DNA of 64,000 nt from assembly GCA_963674945.2 (NCBI GenBank), contig CAXXWQ010000003.1, positions 256,001 to 320,000 on the forward strand. The letters are read 5' to 3'. A program made the position numbers and the translations under genes. Under the pieces are notes generated by a model that saw nothing but the letters and a program-made list of their open reading frames with translations, was not told where the DNA came from and searched no databases. The stretch is from an uncultured Desulfosarcina sp. Its GTDB lineage: Bacteria > Desulfobacterota > Desulfobacteria > Desulfobacterales > Desulfosarcinaceae. Shown piece by piece: positions 28,756-40,803 of this stretch. Within the stretch, counting starts at the first letter, position 1. Every line of letters begins with the position of its first letter.

Positions 28756-29496
28756 TTAGTCCATGGTGATAACATGACCGGTGATCCTATCGGTTTCGTC
28801 AGCCAGGAGGAAACATGCAACCTGTGCCACCTCTTCGGGAGAATTCAAACCGCGCGGATTTCTCGGCCCCATTGTGTCATGCACAGCCTGCTCATCCATT
28901 CCCATGGCTCGGAAAGCGCCGAGCGTCAACTCGGTGGGGCAGATTCCTGGCAGGACACAATTGATGTTGATCAATTTCCCCGCGAGTTCGGCAACCATGG
29001 TTTCCATGAGACTCTTCATCACGGCTTTGCCCGCCTGGTATCCGGCAAGGCCCGCAGTTCCGCCGGTCGCCGAAATGAAGAAAAGCATCTTGCCGGTATT
29101 GCGCTCTGAAAAATGTCCCATGATATTGTGGGCGCAATTAAACATGGTGTAGCCGTTGAATTCCACTTGCTGCTTGAAGAAATCAAAATCATAATCCGGC
29201 AAACCTTTGAATACACCGCCGCCGACGGTATCGACCATATAGTCGATACAGCCCATTTCTTCGATGGTTTCCTCTGTTACACTCTTTACGCTATTATAAT
29301 CCATGGCATTGACTTTTTTCACCGCAGCCTTACCGCCGGCATCTTGTATCTCTTTGGAAGTTTTCTCGGCGCTCTCGGTATTGATGTCCCAGATGCAGAT
29401 GTCGACTCCGTTTTTTGCCAGCTCTAACGCGACGGCACGTCCGATTGAATTCTGCGCTGCACCTACGATTACTGCGTTCTTGCCTTTAAATTTCAT
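28756..29496 (-). CDS. SDR oxidoreductase
   Basis: VGAAQNSIG, YQAGK, NINCVLPG, ITGHVI. Confidence 0.88.
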   Translation of the reverse strand: MKFKGKNAVIVGAAQNSIGRAVALELAKNGVDICIWDINTESAEKTSKEIQDAGGKAAVKKVNAMDYNSVKSVTEETIEEMGCIDYMVDTVGGGVFKGLPDYDFDFFKQQVEFNGYTMFNCAHNIMGHFSERNTGKMLFFISATGGTAGLAGYQAGKAVMKSLMETMVAELAGKLININCVLPGICPTELTLGAFRAMGMDEQAVHDTMGPRNPRGLNSPEEVAQVACFLLADETDRITGHVITMD

Positions 29497-29624
29497 AATC
29501 TCCTCCCAGCATCTTTCTTAATAATATTAGGTAAAGAACGTATCCGGCTTGTGAGAATAAATCCCCACCCTCTCCTCATTGTATGAATCTCTGCTTTGCT
29601 TCAGCGTTCGATGTAAGGTATCAC

Positions 29625-29996
29625 TTAGCCTTTCGGATAATCCACTTTTTCCAACGGTTTTACTACCTCAGGATCCATCTCTTCCCACTGGTAAAACCCT
29701 TTTAACTGAAATTTATCGACGTCGAAGTGGCGTCCCTTGGGGATTGCCTCGAATGCCGTTTGAGACAACATGGCGATGCATTCGTCCATATTATCATGTT
29801 CAAATTCGTAAACCGTCAAGCTCATTGAAGGTTCATCGGAAGGATCCAGGTTTTTAAACCTTCGCGCACGAACAAGGCCCACTGTCTCTTTGAGATCGGG
29901 AAGATGCGTATGCAGGTACCATCTATCGAATTCTTCCTCCCTTTCCGGATCTGCACAACTGGTCAAAACCGTAAGCATGAATTTTTTCTTTGCCAT
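29625..29996 (-). CDS. EthD/DUF4286-like dimeric alpha-beta barrel protein
   Basis: DPEREEEFDRWYLHTHLPDL...GLVRARRF...YEF. Confidence 0.8.
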   Translation of the reverse strand: MAKKKFMLTVLTSCADPEREEEFDRWYLHTHLPDLKETVGLVRARRFKNLDPSDEPSMSLTVYEFEHDNMDECIAMLSQTAFEAIPKGRHFDVDKFQLKGFYQWEEMDPEVVKPLEKVDYPKG

Positions 29997-30209
29997 GATG
30001 ATTCCTCCACCTTTCAATTGTTAAATGCGGCTTGATAGGTATTAGTCGGAGATTGTTGAGTAATTAACTGATAAAAATGTTATAGTCAATAGTAAGTGCG
30101 CACCCAAAAACAAACGAATATCCAAAGTTCAACTCTTCTTATTTTCTCTTACCCACCTGTATCGGGTATGGTTTCTGCCTTCCATGTCTGCCGGTGACGT
30201 GGCACCATT

Positions 30210-31211
30210 CTACTTTGTCCTTTTTACAGGATCGATTCCGAGCAGACGGGCCATGTTGAGACCGAATATCTTGGCACGGTCCTCTTCACTTATCGGTTTG
30301 AATCCGTACTGCTGCTGCAAATCTTCGGGGAACTGGTAGGTCCGGAAACCTTCCACAACGATCGGTTGGGCAATGCTGTCATTGCTCCACAGCACCTTGT
30401 CTACACCGGCATACATGATGGCCTCGCCCAGAAGCTTTCCGAAAAAGCGCGGCCTCGTAAACACGGTTGCATTGAGAAAACTCATCCCGATATGCAGTCC
30501 CGGATAACATGCCGCCAGGGCGTTTAACTCGTGGTGCCACGGCCAGCCAAAATGAAAGGCAAGGATATTCAGATCATAAAAGTCCCGGCATACATCCTCC
30601 AGCGCACCGGGACGACAGGCATGGGTATTTGCGCCATAAATGTATCCATGGCCCATATGCATCCCCAGCATCACGCCCAGCTCCTGCGCCTTGGCGTAGA
30701 ACGGCCAGTACCGCTTGTCATTCAACAGCCATTTTTCTCCGGGAGGATAGATTTTTCCGTACTTGACGCCATGCTCCTTGGCACAGAACTCCAGCTCCCA
30801 GATGGCGTTTTCCACACCCCGGGTCGAGGGCTCGAACACCGGCGCCGGGATGAGTCGATCCGGATACTTGGCACAAGCGTCCAGCATCCAGCTCATGCTC
30901 GGCCCTCTGGGATCCACGTTCATATGCAGGGCCTGCCTGTGCGGTACCAGGCAGCATACGTCGATGCCAGCGTCATCCATCATTTTGATCGAGTGCTCGG
31001 GCTCGGCCGGCCACTCCTTTTTCGCCGCTTCGGGACCAAAATGCTGCTTCATCAGGTCTTTGGCCATGTTCCCATCGGCGGTCATCATCCGCATAACGCC
31101 TTCGACGCTGTTCTCAAACCGCTTCCAGTCACGGTAATGCCTATACTCCTTTGCTTGATTGGCAGGCTCGATGTGCCCCTCGTGCTCGATAATGAAATAA
31201 TCTTTTGCCAT
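30210..31211 (-). CDS. Amidohydrolase-2 family protein
   Basis: EHEGH, MDDAGID, KIYP, MHMG, AFHFGWPW, VLWSND, KIFGLNMARLL. Confidence 0.9.
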   Translation of the reverse strand: MAKDYFIIEHEGHIEPANQAKEYRHYRDWKRFENSVEGVMRMMTADGNMAKDLMKQHFGPEAAKKEWPAEPEHSIKMMDDAGIDVCCLVPHRQALHMNVDPRGPSMSWMLDACAKYPDRLIPAPVFEPSTRGVENAIWELEFCAKEHGVKYGKIYPPGEKWLLNDKRYWPFYAKAQELGVMLGMHMGHGYIYGANTHACRPGALEDVCRDFYDLNILAFHFGWPWHHELNALAACYPGLHIGMSFLNATVFTRPRFFGKLLGEAIMYAGVDKVLWSNDSIAQPIVVEGFRTYQFPEDLQQQYGFKPISEEDRAKIFGLNMARLLGIDPVKRTK

Positions 31212-31814
31212 TGATAAAACCCTCCCCTATTAATAAAAGTCCAAGTACTACCCGCCGCCTTCACCGTCAAAGCGAGCGCCGCTTTCCCTCACTTTGTTTC
31301 AGTATCTACGAACTGCGAGTAAATTCGCTGATTTCTTGCACTTTTGCAGGTTGCGTGAACTTGTTGCGTATTCCAAGAATCGACTTACGAATTGGTAGTT
31401 CTTCCTTCTGCAATGACCATTTCGTCTTCTTGCGAGTATGCTTGCATTTGATCGTGGCCCGAAATGTAATCACCGTAAAGTTTCTGAATGATTATCAATT
31501 GACTGATTATCAATTGAAATTTTATTTGTCAATAATAATAATTTTTATAACAACCCATTTCTGAGATTTATCAGTATATTTTGATAAAATGGGTATTTTA
31601 GTGTGATATATATGTACCCAGCAAACAATTATTTCGGGCATTTTGGCATATCAGATCGAATCCGTTTTGGAAAAGATTAGAGAAGGATGTGTTATTTCGG
31701 ATATGATTTTCGTTGTCGCAAAGGTCAGGGAGGCAAACGAAGGATGGCGCCATCGGCAGCAACTGATGGCATCCATACCAGGCAATTGTCTGAAATTGAT
31801 CGTTAAAGCAATGG

Positions 31815-32801
31815 CTATTGCATCAGCGGCAACGATAGCCAGTCAAAAAAATAGTTGATTTCAAACTTTACGTTTCCGAGCAGAGGAATATTGGCATATC
31901 CTGTGATGTCAGGAATCGAAGCCAACGTCTTGGAAATAAAATCATACATCTGATTGATGTCTTGAAACAGTGCTACGGTACTTATTTGCCATTTACCCGT
32001 AATCAAACTGACATGCAAAATCGCATCTAGCCTGGACAACGCATTCACCACGGCGCTTACCTTGTCTGGTTCGCACCTGATCAGTGTAACTGCCCAATGG
32101 CCATACCCCAGCACACTTGGATCGACGAGAGGGAAAAACCCGATAACACCGTCATCGATGTTTTTGTCCAGTGTCGCTTTTGCTGCCGACCTGCTGCAAC
32201 CAATCGAATCAGCCAGTTCAGTGATGGTCTGTCGAGGGTTCAGTCGCATTGCCTTAATTACGGATAAATCGAGTTCGTTCAAACGGTCCCGGGAGAAATC
32301 ATAAGCGTGATCCGTTTCATAGTCTTGAAATTTCCAGAACTCTTTGATCGAATAAATAAGGTGCATGGTTTCGATTGACGAGGCACCGGATATGCCCGAT
32401 AGATCTTTTGAAATGAAACGGGCGAAATCCGTTCGATCACGAAAGATCCCCCACACCATGATATTATAATAATTGGCCGCCAGTTGAACTGCCATGACGC
32501 CGGATAGATCCGCCAGTTGACTCGCCGCGGTGTCGCTCATGCCAGGACGGACCTTCACGCCAATCATGACCTTATACTGATATCCCAATCGTTCGGCATT
32601 GCAGACACAAATGATCTTTAAAATACCTTCGGAAATGAGCCGGTTCATCCGATACCGCACGGTTTCTCTATTCACACCGACATTTCGAGCAAGCGCACGA
32701 ACAGGCTGCCGGGCATCTTTACCGAGTTCGTTAATAAGAAGCATGTCAAGCTCATCGAGCGATTTTGGTGGTTGCTTGGTTTTCATTGGATCAATCACCA
32801 C
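31815..32801 (-). CDS. Tandem Lrp/AsnC regulator (paralog of 17286-18218)
   Basis: Two HTH+RAM repeats LDELDMLLINELGKDARQ / LNELDLSVIKAMRLNPRQ. Confidence 0.9.
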   Translation of the reverse strand: MVIDPMKTKQPPKSLDELDMLLINELGKDARQPVRALARNVGVNRETVRYRMNRLISEGILKIICVCNAERLGYQYKVMIGVKVRPGMSDTAASQLADLSGVMAVQLAANYYNIMVWGIFRDRTDFARFISKDLSGISGASSIETMHLIYSIKEFWKFQDYETDHAYDFSRDRLNELDLSVIKAMRLNPRQTITELADSIGCSRSAAKATLDKNIDDGVIGFFPLVDPSVLGYGHWAVTLIRCEPDKVSAVVNALSRLDAILHVSLITGKWQISTVALFQDINQMYDFISKTLASIPDITGYANIPLLGNVKFEINYFFDWLSLPLMQ

Positions 32802-33255
32802 ATTTTCTCTCTCTTTCCCAGCGAAAATATCGTATATGGTTAATGTGGATAGCTGACAGTGCCAGCAAAGGCGAATACTGACGAAACCGCCTCGGATGGA
32901 GAATGCGATTCCACATGAGAAGCAGACAGATAATTATTCATTTAATATACCACAATAACATTTTAAAAAGTAGGTGTAATATCAAATGGGCGTTATTAAC
33001 GAACCATTTTTTGCCAAATGCCCAACTTACACCTATCCGGAAACTGGAATGTATGACCCTGTTTGAAAACGCACGATTTTTCTAAATGCCCGGCATTGCC
33101 ATCCGACGGCTTGCCACATAGATATAAATGAAAAGCGATCAAAAACACCTCAATAATGAAATGAAATGTGCGATAACAACATATGAAAGAAATTTTTATC
33201 CCTTGTCCACGACAAAAGGGAATTCATGGCTGGTCAGGACAGATAGAGGTCAAGA

Positions 33256-35253
33256 GTGTTTAAAATAATGTCATTATTTCTATTTTTCATTGTTTTCACT
33301 GCATCGCTTTTTGCCACCGCCGATTGCCTTGCAGCCAGCAACGAAGACCTGACCCAGCTCAGCCTGGAAGATTTGATGGACATTAAAATCACTTCTGCAA
33401 GCAAGAAATCCCAACGGCTCTCCGAGGTGGCGGCAGCCGTATTCGTCATCACCCAGGAAGACATCCGCCGTTCCGGCGTAACCAGCATACCGGAGGCCCT
33501 GCGTATGGTGCCCGGAGTGCAGGTCGCCAAGATCGACGCCAATAAATGGGCGATCACAGCGAGAGGTTCCAACGGTCGTTTTGCCAACAAGCTCCTCGTC
33601 CTGATGGACGGTCGAAACGTTTACACACCGATCTACTCCGGCGTTTTTTGGGAAAACATCGACACCGTCTTGGAAGATATCGACCGCATCGAAGTGATCC
33701 GTGGTCCCGGCGCCAGCCTTTGGGGTGCCAACGCCGTCAACGGCGTCATCAACATCATTACGAAACAGGCCGATGAAACCCAGGGCATCCTGGCCAGTGG
33801 CAGTATCGGTAGCGAAGAAAAAGGAAGTGTCAGCCTGCGGTATGGCGGAAAAATCTTGGACAAGACACCTTTTCGGTTATATTTCAAAGGATTTGAACGT
33901 GACGGAGCGGTGGACGAAAATGGTGACGACACAGCCGACGATTGGCGGTACTTGCGCGGCGGTTTCCGCCTCGACCATCGGCGAGGCAGCCGCGACCATT
34001 TGACGCTTCAGGGGGACATCTTCGACGGCACCAACGGCGAAATCTTAGAATCGCCAAGCATTACGCCTCCCTACCTCGACAGACACAACAACGATCACAA
34101 GGAGAAAGGCCACAACCTTCTTGCACGCTGGACAAGGACCCTTTCCAGCCTTTCGGAAATCTCCCTGCAAGCCTATTACAACAGTAACGAGCACACCCTT
34201 CACCTGACCAAGGCCGAAATCGATACCTTTGATGTGGAATTCCAGCACCGCCTCCCCATCGGCAAACGCCACGATGTCACCTGGGGATTCGGATACCGCC
34301 TGTACCAGGATCATTACGAATCCGATGCGGCCCTTTTGACCATGGATACGGCCAGTATCGACTATTCCATTTTCAATGCCTTTATTCAGGACGAAATCGG
34401 CTTTTTTGACAAACGCCTCCGTTTAACCCTCGGATCGAAATTCGAACACAACGACTTTACCCATTCGGAGTTCCAGCCCAACGCCCGTCTGATTTGGCTG
34501 CCCAATGACAGGCACTCCACGTGGGCCTCCGTATCCCGTGCCGTGCGTACCCCCTCGCGGGTGGAAAGGGATGCCACGGCCCTCATGACCGTCATTCCCC
34601 CCGCAACCGCGGGAGGACTGCCGGCTGCTGTCACATATTATGGCTCGCAGAATTTCGATTCCGAGGAACTGATCAGTTACGAACTGGGTTATCGTGTCAA
34701 GGTAACACCCGAACTTACGCTGGATGCGGCGCTATATTACAACGACTACGAGGATTTACGGCAGACGACGATCGACGAAGCGACCATAGACGGGTGGCCG
34801 CCGACCCATGTGATTCTCTCCAGCACCGGAACGAACAATGCCCATGGAGAGGTACACGGTTTTGAGTTTGCCGCCGACTGGAAAATGACGGAATGGAGCC
34901 TGCTAGAGGCAGCCTATACCTATATGGACATGGACATGGATTACGGTGACAGCAATATCCTGGCCGAACAGGACCCTCAAAACCAGCTCTCTTTGCGCGC
35001 CTCCCTCGATCTTCCCTGGAATCTGGATCTGGATCTATGGTATCGTCATGTCTCTGAAGTGAGCGACATCGTCGACGGATACGATACCGTCGATCTCAGG
35101 CTCGGATGGAAATACGGCAAAACCGTGGAAGTTTCCGTCGTGGGGCAGAACCTTCTCGCGGAACACCATCTGGAATTTCAACCCGAAGGTCTCCACACCG
35201 TAGAAACGGAGGTTGAAAGAAGTGTCTACGGAAAGCTTACCGTCAGATTCTAG
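33256..35253 (+). CDS. TonB-dependent receptor
   Basis: Signal peptide, LSLEDLMDIKITSASK, DIDRIEVIRGPGASLWGANAVNGVINIITK, terminal Phe. Confidence 0.93.
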   Translation: MFKIMSLFLFFIVFTASLFATADCLAASNEDLTQLSLEDLMDIKITSASKKSQRLSEVAAAVFVITQEDIRRSGVTSIPEALRMVPGVQVAKIDANKWAITARGSNGRFANKLLVLMDGRNVYTPIYSGVFWENIDTVLEDIDRIEVIRGPGASLWGANAVNGVINIITKQADETQGILASGSIGSEEKGSVSLRYGGKILDKTPFRLYFKGFERDGAVDENGDDTADDWRYLRGGFRLDHRRGSRDHLTLQGDIFDGTNGEILESPSITPPYLDRHNNDHKEKGHNLLARWTRTLSSLSEISLQAYYNSNEHTLHLTKAEIDTFDVEFQHRLPIGKRHDVTWGFGYRLYQDHYESDAALLTMDTASIDYSIFNAFIQDEIGFFDKRLRLTLGSKFEHNDFTHSEFQPNARLIWLPNDRHSTWASVSRAVRTPSRVERDATALMTVIPPATAGGLPAAVTYYGSQNFDSEELISYELGYRVKVTPELTLDAALYYNDYEDLRQTTIDEATIDGWPPTHVILSSTGTNNAHGEVHGFEFAADWKMTEWSLLEAAYTYMDMDMDYGDSNILAEQDPQNQLSLRASLDLPWNLDLDLWYRHVSEVSDIVDGYDTVDLRLGWKYGKTVEVSVVGQNLLAEHHLEFQPEGLHTVETEVERSVYGKLTVRF

Positions 35254-35275
35254 TAAACTGCCTTTTTTATCCCCT

Positions 35276-37393
35276 TTATAGGTAACTTTTTTTCAATAAC
35301 GCGGCAAAAACGGCCTCCGGCACGGGGTGTTTAAAAAGATATCCCTGCCCCTCGTCGCAACCGTATTTTTTTAACACTTCAAATTGTTCATCCGTCTCGA
35401 TACCTTCTGCAACGATTTTCTTTTCCAGGCTGTGGCCCATCGCAATAATTGCCTTGATGATGACCAGGTTCTTGGATTCGGCAGCACATCCCATGACAAA
35501 GGAGCGATCGATTTTCAGGATGTCCACCGGAAAGGATATCAGATAGCTGAGAGAGGAGTACCCGGTTCCGAAATCGTCCAGCGCGATTCTGACTTTCAGG
35601 TCTTTGATCCGCTGTAACGTGTCAATGGTTTCCTCGGTATTCTGCATCAACACATTTTCGGTTATTTCGATTTCCAGGTTCTGGGGACTGCTGTCCTGCG
35701 TGCCAAGAGCCTCTTGCATCGTGCCGATGATATTCTGACTGGTGAACTTGTAGCCGGATAGGTTCACTGCGATGGTAACCGGTTCCAGACCTTGTTCATG
35801 CCACTGTTTTGTTTGTCGACAGGCCTCTTTCAGGACCCAACGATTGATATCGATGATCTGACCGGACTCTTCGGCAAAAGGGATGAACTTATCCGGAAAA
35901 ATCATCCCTTTAACGGGGTGATTCCATCGGATCAACGCCTCTGCACCGACGATTCTTCGGGTTTCAAGTGCAACCCGGGGCTGATAAAACAACTCCAGCT
36001 CACCGTTGTCCAAGGCCTTTTTCAGATCCCGCTCCAATGAGAACCGTTCGAACACCTCCATGTTCAAGGACTCTTTGTAAAACTGGAAACCGTTTCGCCC
36101 GCTTTTTTTCGCGTGGTACATGGCAGTATCCGCCTTCTGTAACAGGACACTCTTCTCTCTGCCGTCGTCGGGAAAAATGCTGATACCGATACTCGTGGTC
36201 ATGGAGACATCATGACCTTCGAGTTGGTAGTTGCCTGCAATTTCCCGTGTCAGCCGCGTAGCTACCTTGGCCAAGGATTCCGGGCCTTTGACATCTGTGA
36301 GCAAAACGGTAAACTCATCACCTCCCAGCCGGGCAATAATGGAATCGGCAGGATCCATCTTGAGCAGGGTTGCAGAATCACTACCGCGAATATTGTTTTT
36401 CAACCGGGTGGCGACCTGTTTTAACAGTAAATCACCAATGTGATGTCCCAATGTATCGTTGACCAGCTTGAACTGGTCCAGATCGAGAAAAAGCAGAGCG
36501 AATTTCCGGTGTGTACGATTGGCACTGGCGATCGTCTGTTGCAACCGGTCCATGAACAGTGCCCGGTTGGCAAGCCCCGTCAGGCCATCATAAAACGCCA
36601 GCATGCGAATTTCCGCCTCTGCCTGCTTGAGTTGGGTAACATCCTGAATCACGCCCAGCATCAATTCCGGTGTGCCATCTTCGCAGAACAGGATCTCTCC
36701 CTGATTCAAAATGTGTTTCTGTGTACCACCGGGAAGAATCACCGGGTAGTTCACAATCAACTTTTTCTGGGAGGTAACGGCCTGTTGAATCTTCTGCGCC
36801 ACGGTATCGCGCTCACTGGCAATAATCGGAGACAGAAACGCAGAAAAAGAAAATTCCTCTTCGATCCCAAGCAATCGACACGCCTTGGACGAACAACTGA
36901 ACTGTCCGCTGGCAATATCGATCTGCCAACTCCCCAGCTTGGCCAGCTCCTGGGTTTTGGCCAGATGACTTCGGCTCCGGTCAAGCTCCTTAAAGGCCTG
37001 ACCGGCGCGCAGTATGTACTTTGCCTTGTGGCCCAGCATCGCCCAATTGATGGGTTTGGAAACGAAATCGCTGGCACCGGCTTCGAAAGCCTTTTCAATG
37101 GACGCCTTGTCATCCGAACCGGTAGCCATGAGGATCTGTATATACCTCCCCCCGGGAAGGCCACGGATGATCTTACAGGCTTCGAATCCGTCCATCACAG
37201 GCATCATCAAATCCAACAGAATCAAATCCGGCTTGTCGTCTCTGAATCGTTCCAACGCTTCTTTCCCGTCCTGTGCTTCGACGATTTCAAAGCCACTTTT
37301 TTTCAATGCCGCAGACATGAACAGGCGCAGGGAGGGATCATCATCCACCACCAGGGCGAGCGGCCGATGTGACGTTTCTTTCTCAGTTCTCAT
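35276..37393 (-). CDS. REC-PAS-GGDEF-EAL response regulator
   Basis: VVDDD, DLMMP, RLGGDEF, AEALIRW, DDFGTGYSS. Confidence 0.95.
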   Translation of the reverse strand: MRTEKETSHRPLALVVDDDPSLRLFMSAALKKSGFEIVEAQDGKEALERFRDDKPDLILLDLMMPVMDGFEACKIIRGLPGGRYIQILMATGSDDKASIEKAFEAGASDFVSKPINWAMLGHKAKYILRAGQAFKELDRSRSHLAKTQELAKLGSWQIDIASGQFSCSSKACRLLGIEEEFSFSAFLSPIIASERDTVAQKIQQAVTSQKKLIVNYPVILPGGTQKHILNQGEILFCEDGTPELMLGVIQDVTQLKQAEAEIRMLAFYDGLTGLANRALFMDRLQQTIASANRTHRKFALLFLDLDQFKLVNDTLGHHIGDLLLKQVATRLKNNIRGSDSATLLKMDPADSIIARLGGDEFTVLLTDVKGPESLAKVATRLTREIAGNYQLEGHDVSMTTSIGISIFPDDGREKSVLLQKADTAMYHAKKSGRNGFQFYKESLNMEVFERFSLERDLKKALDNGELELFYQPRVALETRRIVGAEALIRWNHPVKGMIFPDKFIPFAEESGQIIDINRWVLKEACRQTKQWHEQGLEPVTIAVNLSGYKFTSQNIIGTMQEALGTQDSSPQNLEIEITENVLMQNTEETIDTLQRIKDLKVRIALDDFGTGYSSLSYLISFPVDILKIDRSFVMGCAAESKNLVIIKAIIAMGHSLEKKIVAEGIETDEQFEVLKKYGCDEGQGYLFKHPVPEAVFAALLKKSYL

Positions 37394-37394
37394 G

Positions 37395-40292
37395 CTATTT
37401 CATCTCGCTTTCCAGCGCCTGTTTCACAACTTCAAATTCCGAAACGATCGCCGAAACCATCGACTCCCTTTTTTCGTCAGACGGTTTCGAACAATTCAGT
37501 TCCAGGTTCTGACAAATGTCGGCCAGTTTCATGGCACCCACATTTGCACTGCTGGATTTCATTCTGTGGGCGATCTGTCGCATTTCTTCCATGTCGTTTC
37601 GCAAAGATGCCGACGCCAGCTGTTCAACCAGTGGCGTTGTACCATCCAGATACGTTCGTATAAGGCGATCAAGAAAGTCCGGTTCTCCTTCCAACTGCAG
37701 TTCTTTCAGGGATTCGAGAACGTCCTTGTCGATGACATCGGTATCGTTAGATTTCTTGAAGGGCGATTTCTTTTCTGAATGGGTTTTGGAATCAGTCATG
37801 GCAGGCACCCTGCTGATCGATGTTCGTTGGCGGGTCCATTTTCTGATCATCTCCTTCATCTCATTTACGCGGAAGGGTTTGCTCATGTAATCGTCCATCC
37901 CGGCTTTCAAGCATTTCTCTTTATCCCCTTCCAATGCGTGTGCAGTGAGGGCAACAATGGGGGTGTGGACAACCCGGGTATGATGCCGCTCTTCTTTTCG
38001 GATCGCCTCGGTTGCCTGATACCCATCCAAGACAGGCATCTGACAGTCCATAAAGACCATGTCGTAATTCCTATCCGAAAATGCGTAGACCGCTTCTTCG
38101 CCGTTGGGAACGATATCTACACTGCACCCAAGCGCCTTGAGCATTCCCTTGACGACTTCCTGGTTGGTTGGATTATCTTCGGCAACCAAAATGCGCAAGT
38201 CGAGCTGTTTTGATCCCTCGGCAATGCTATGCCGCGTAACAAGCCGGTCCGAACTTTCGGAAGAATTGTCGCCAAGCAAGCTGGAAATGGTTGCCCGTAA
38301 ATCTGACTGACGTACCGGTTTGGTCAGATAGGCCGACACACCGCACTGCTTGGCTGTTTGCGCATCACCGCGAAGTCCCACCGATGTTAACATGATTATC
38401 GTTGTCTGGGACAGGGACGGATCGTTTTTGATCGTTTGGGCGACATCCATACCATCCATCTCCGGCATATCCATATCCAAGATCGCCAAATCAAAGGGAG
38501 AACCTTGTTTTTGGGCCGCCGAAAGAAGTTCGATTCCGTCGATCCCCCGGCTGGCACTTTTGCCGATCATCTTCCATGATGCCATCTGGCGCAACAAAAT
38601 CTCCTGATTGGTCGTATTATCGTCAATCACCAGCACACGACGACCGCGTAACACCTGTGTATCGGAAATCGTTTTGCTTCTTTTTATTTTGGGGCTACGC
38701 TCCAGTTCGATGGAAAAGTAAAAATCGGATCCTTCTCCCGGTTCGCTTTTGCAGCCCAAGACCCCGCCCATCAAGGTGATAAGTTCCTTTGAGATGGCCA
38801 GACCCAATCCCGTCCCACCATATTTTCGGGTGGTGGAACCATCTGTCTGTGAAAATGGGGCGAATAGCCGCTGACGGTTCTCTTCACTGATACCAATACC
38901 CGTGTCCCGTGTGGAGACGAAAAGCCTCACACGATTGTCTGAAACCCGTGTTGTCGACAAACTGACGATGACTTCCCCCTCTTCCGTAAATTTAATCGCG
39001 TTTCCGACAAGATTGGTAAGCACTTGCCGAAGTCGCGTGGGATCTCCTTTTAAATATATTTCAGTGTCCGCAGGAATATAGGAAGCCAATTCGATCCGTT
39101 TGGCATGGGCCCGGGAGGCCAGAAGTTGAACAACATCCTCCACCAGCATCTGGAGATCGAAATGGATGGTTTCGAGTTCCAGCTTTCCGGCCTCAATTTT
39201 GGAAAAATCGAGGATGTCATTGATGATGGACAAAAGGGATTCTCCGGATTTTTGGATGGTCATTCCGAAGCGGTGCTGCTCTTCATCCAGCCGTGTCTGT
39301 AGCAACAATTCCACCATCCCCAGAACACCGTTCATGGGTGTACGAATTTCATGACTCATGTTCGCAAGGAACTGGGACTTTGCCCGGTTGGCGACTTCAG
39401 CCGCCTCCTTTGCCGCTTCCAGCGAAGAGACCATGGATTCCAGTTCCCCTTTTGCCTCGGATAGATCCGCCGTTCGCAGCTCCACCCGCTTTTCCAGATC
39501 CGTGCTGTAGGCTTTGAGATCTTTATCCCGGTCATGGATCTCCTGGATCATATCGTTAAAACGATCGATGAGGATACCGAATTCATCGTGACTCTGCTTT
39601 TCCACGCGTACCTGGTAATTCTTCTCACGAATGATGGTGTTGATGGAGTTCAAAAGAGCGAAAAGGGGACCGACAAACACCTTTTGCAGTCGCGTTGAAA
39701 CGAAAAGGACCACCACGAGGGTTATGCCGACGGCACAAGCCAACATCCAATAAAACAGATGCAGGCGTTCTTTTCTTTGCTGTTGATTATCGACCAACTG
39801 GATGGCGCCAACGACTGCGTTATCCACCACCACCGGCCGAACGACATGCAGATGATCGTTTGCATAAAAATAGGTTTCACCGCGGGTAATCAGATTGTGG
39901 ACGAGGGAACTGTTTTTGAGATATCGATTACGAAATTCCACGATCCGTGGTTCCACATCCACCCCATCGGGGCTGAACTGGCTGAAAACGGCTCCATTTT
40001 TATCATATAGAACTGCCGCTACGATATCTGGTTTGGCAGACAGGGAAGCCAGGTCCTCCTCGGCACTGGTCTTATCGTTGAACAAGAGGGTGGCGCCGAT
40101 ATTCAACGCGACAACGTCCCCCATGGATTGCAACTCCCGAACGATGCTCCTTCGCGTACTCCAATTTTCGCTGAAGACGACTGCAGTGGTAACCAATAAC
40201 AATGACAAAACGGATGTCACACTCAATAGTAACATCAGCTTGTTCTTGATAGACAAGTGACTGCGCCGTCTTTTTCTGAATATGTTTCGCAT
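37395..40292 (-). CDS. Hybrid sensor kinase (periplasmic CHASE-type, HAMP, HisKA, HATPase, 2xREC, Hpt)
   Basis: Two TMs, [37 protein letters not shown]. Confidence 0.95.
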   Translation of the reverse strand: MRNIFRKRRRSHLSIKNKLMLLLSVTSVLSLLLVTTAVVFSENWSTRRSIVRELQSMGDVVALNIGATLLFNDKTSAEEDLASLSAKPDIVAAVLYDKNGAVFSQFSPDGVDVEPRIVEFRNRYLKNSSLVHNLITRGETYFYANDHLHVVRPVVVDNAVVGAIQLVDNQQQRKERLHLFYWMLACAVGITLVVVLFVSTRLQKVFVGPLFALLNSINTIIREKNYQVRVEKQSHDEFGILIDRFNDMIQEIHDRDKDLKAYSTDLEKRVELRTADLSEAKGELESMVSSLEAAKEAAEVANRAKSQFLANMSHEIRTPMNGVLGMVELLLQTRLDEEQHRFGMTIQKSGESLLSIINDILDFSKIEAGKLELETIHFDLQMLVEDVVQLLASRAHAKRIELASYIPADTEIYLKGDPTRLRQVLTNLVGNAIKFTEEGEVIVSLSTTRVSDNRVRLFVSTRDTGIGISEENRQRLFAPFSQTDGSTTRKYGGTGLGLAISKELITLMGGVLGCKSEPGEGSDFYFSIELERSPKIKRSKTISDTQVLRGRRVLVIDDNTTNQEILLRQMASWKMIGKSASRGIDGIELLSAAQKQGSPFDLAILDMDMPEMDGMDVAQTIKNDPSLSQTTIIMLTSVGLRGDAQTAKQCGVSAYLTKPVRQSDLRATISSLLGDNSSESSDRLVTRHSIAEGSKQLDLRILVAEDNPTNQEVVKGMLKALGCSVDIVPNGEEAVYAFSDRNYDMVFMDCQMPVLDGYQATEAIRKEERHHTRVVHTPIVALTAHALEGDKEKCLKAGMDDYMSKPFRVNEMKEMIRKWTRQRTSISRVPAMTDSKTHSEKKSPFKKSNDTDVIDKDVLESLKELQLEGEPDFLDRLIRTYLDGTTPLVEQLASASLRNDMEEMRQIAHRMKSSSANVGAMKLADICQNLELNCSKPSDEKRESMVSAIVSEFEVVKQALESEMK

Positions 40293-40803
40293 CAATCACC
40301 TGCAATGCTTTTGGGTTCAGTAAGTCTGCAAGGAGTTTAGATTCTTTATAATTTTTAGGATTGTCGAACCTTTTCCTTTTTCGGCACCCGTCTGCGAGAT
40401 GGCCAAAATCGGTTCAAACCTTTTCGCAACACCTCATTTTAAACAAGTATCGGCCGATTTTTTCGATTCCATAAATTTCATTTTTGCCAATGGATGCGCC
40501 TTCACAATCCAATATGCTAAGCGGAATATCACCTTTCGATGATACGGCATCAATAATCAAACCATTAAATGGGAATGGTTGTATTTATCCATTCAGATTT
40601 CATTGCTTTCCTCCCATAATGAGAACTATGGCTTTTTATCATACCAATAGGAAGTTTTTGTTTTTCCATGCGTTCTCCAGTAAGTGGGGGAGTGAAGTTG
40701 TATCGGATTATCGTAAATTCGATTAGTTTTTTCAAAAGGCGGGATCGTGTGTATCAGTTTGCGAATGGGATGATTGGAAATGCCCGATTATTCACCTGGT
40801 GTG

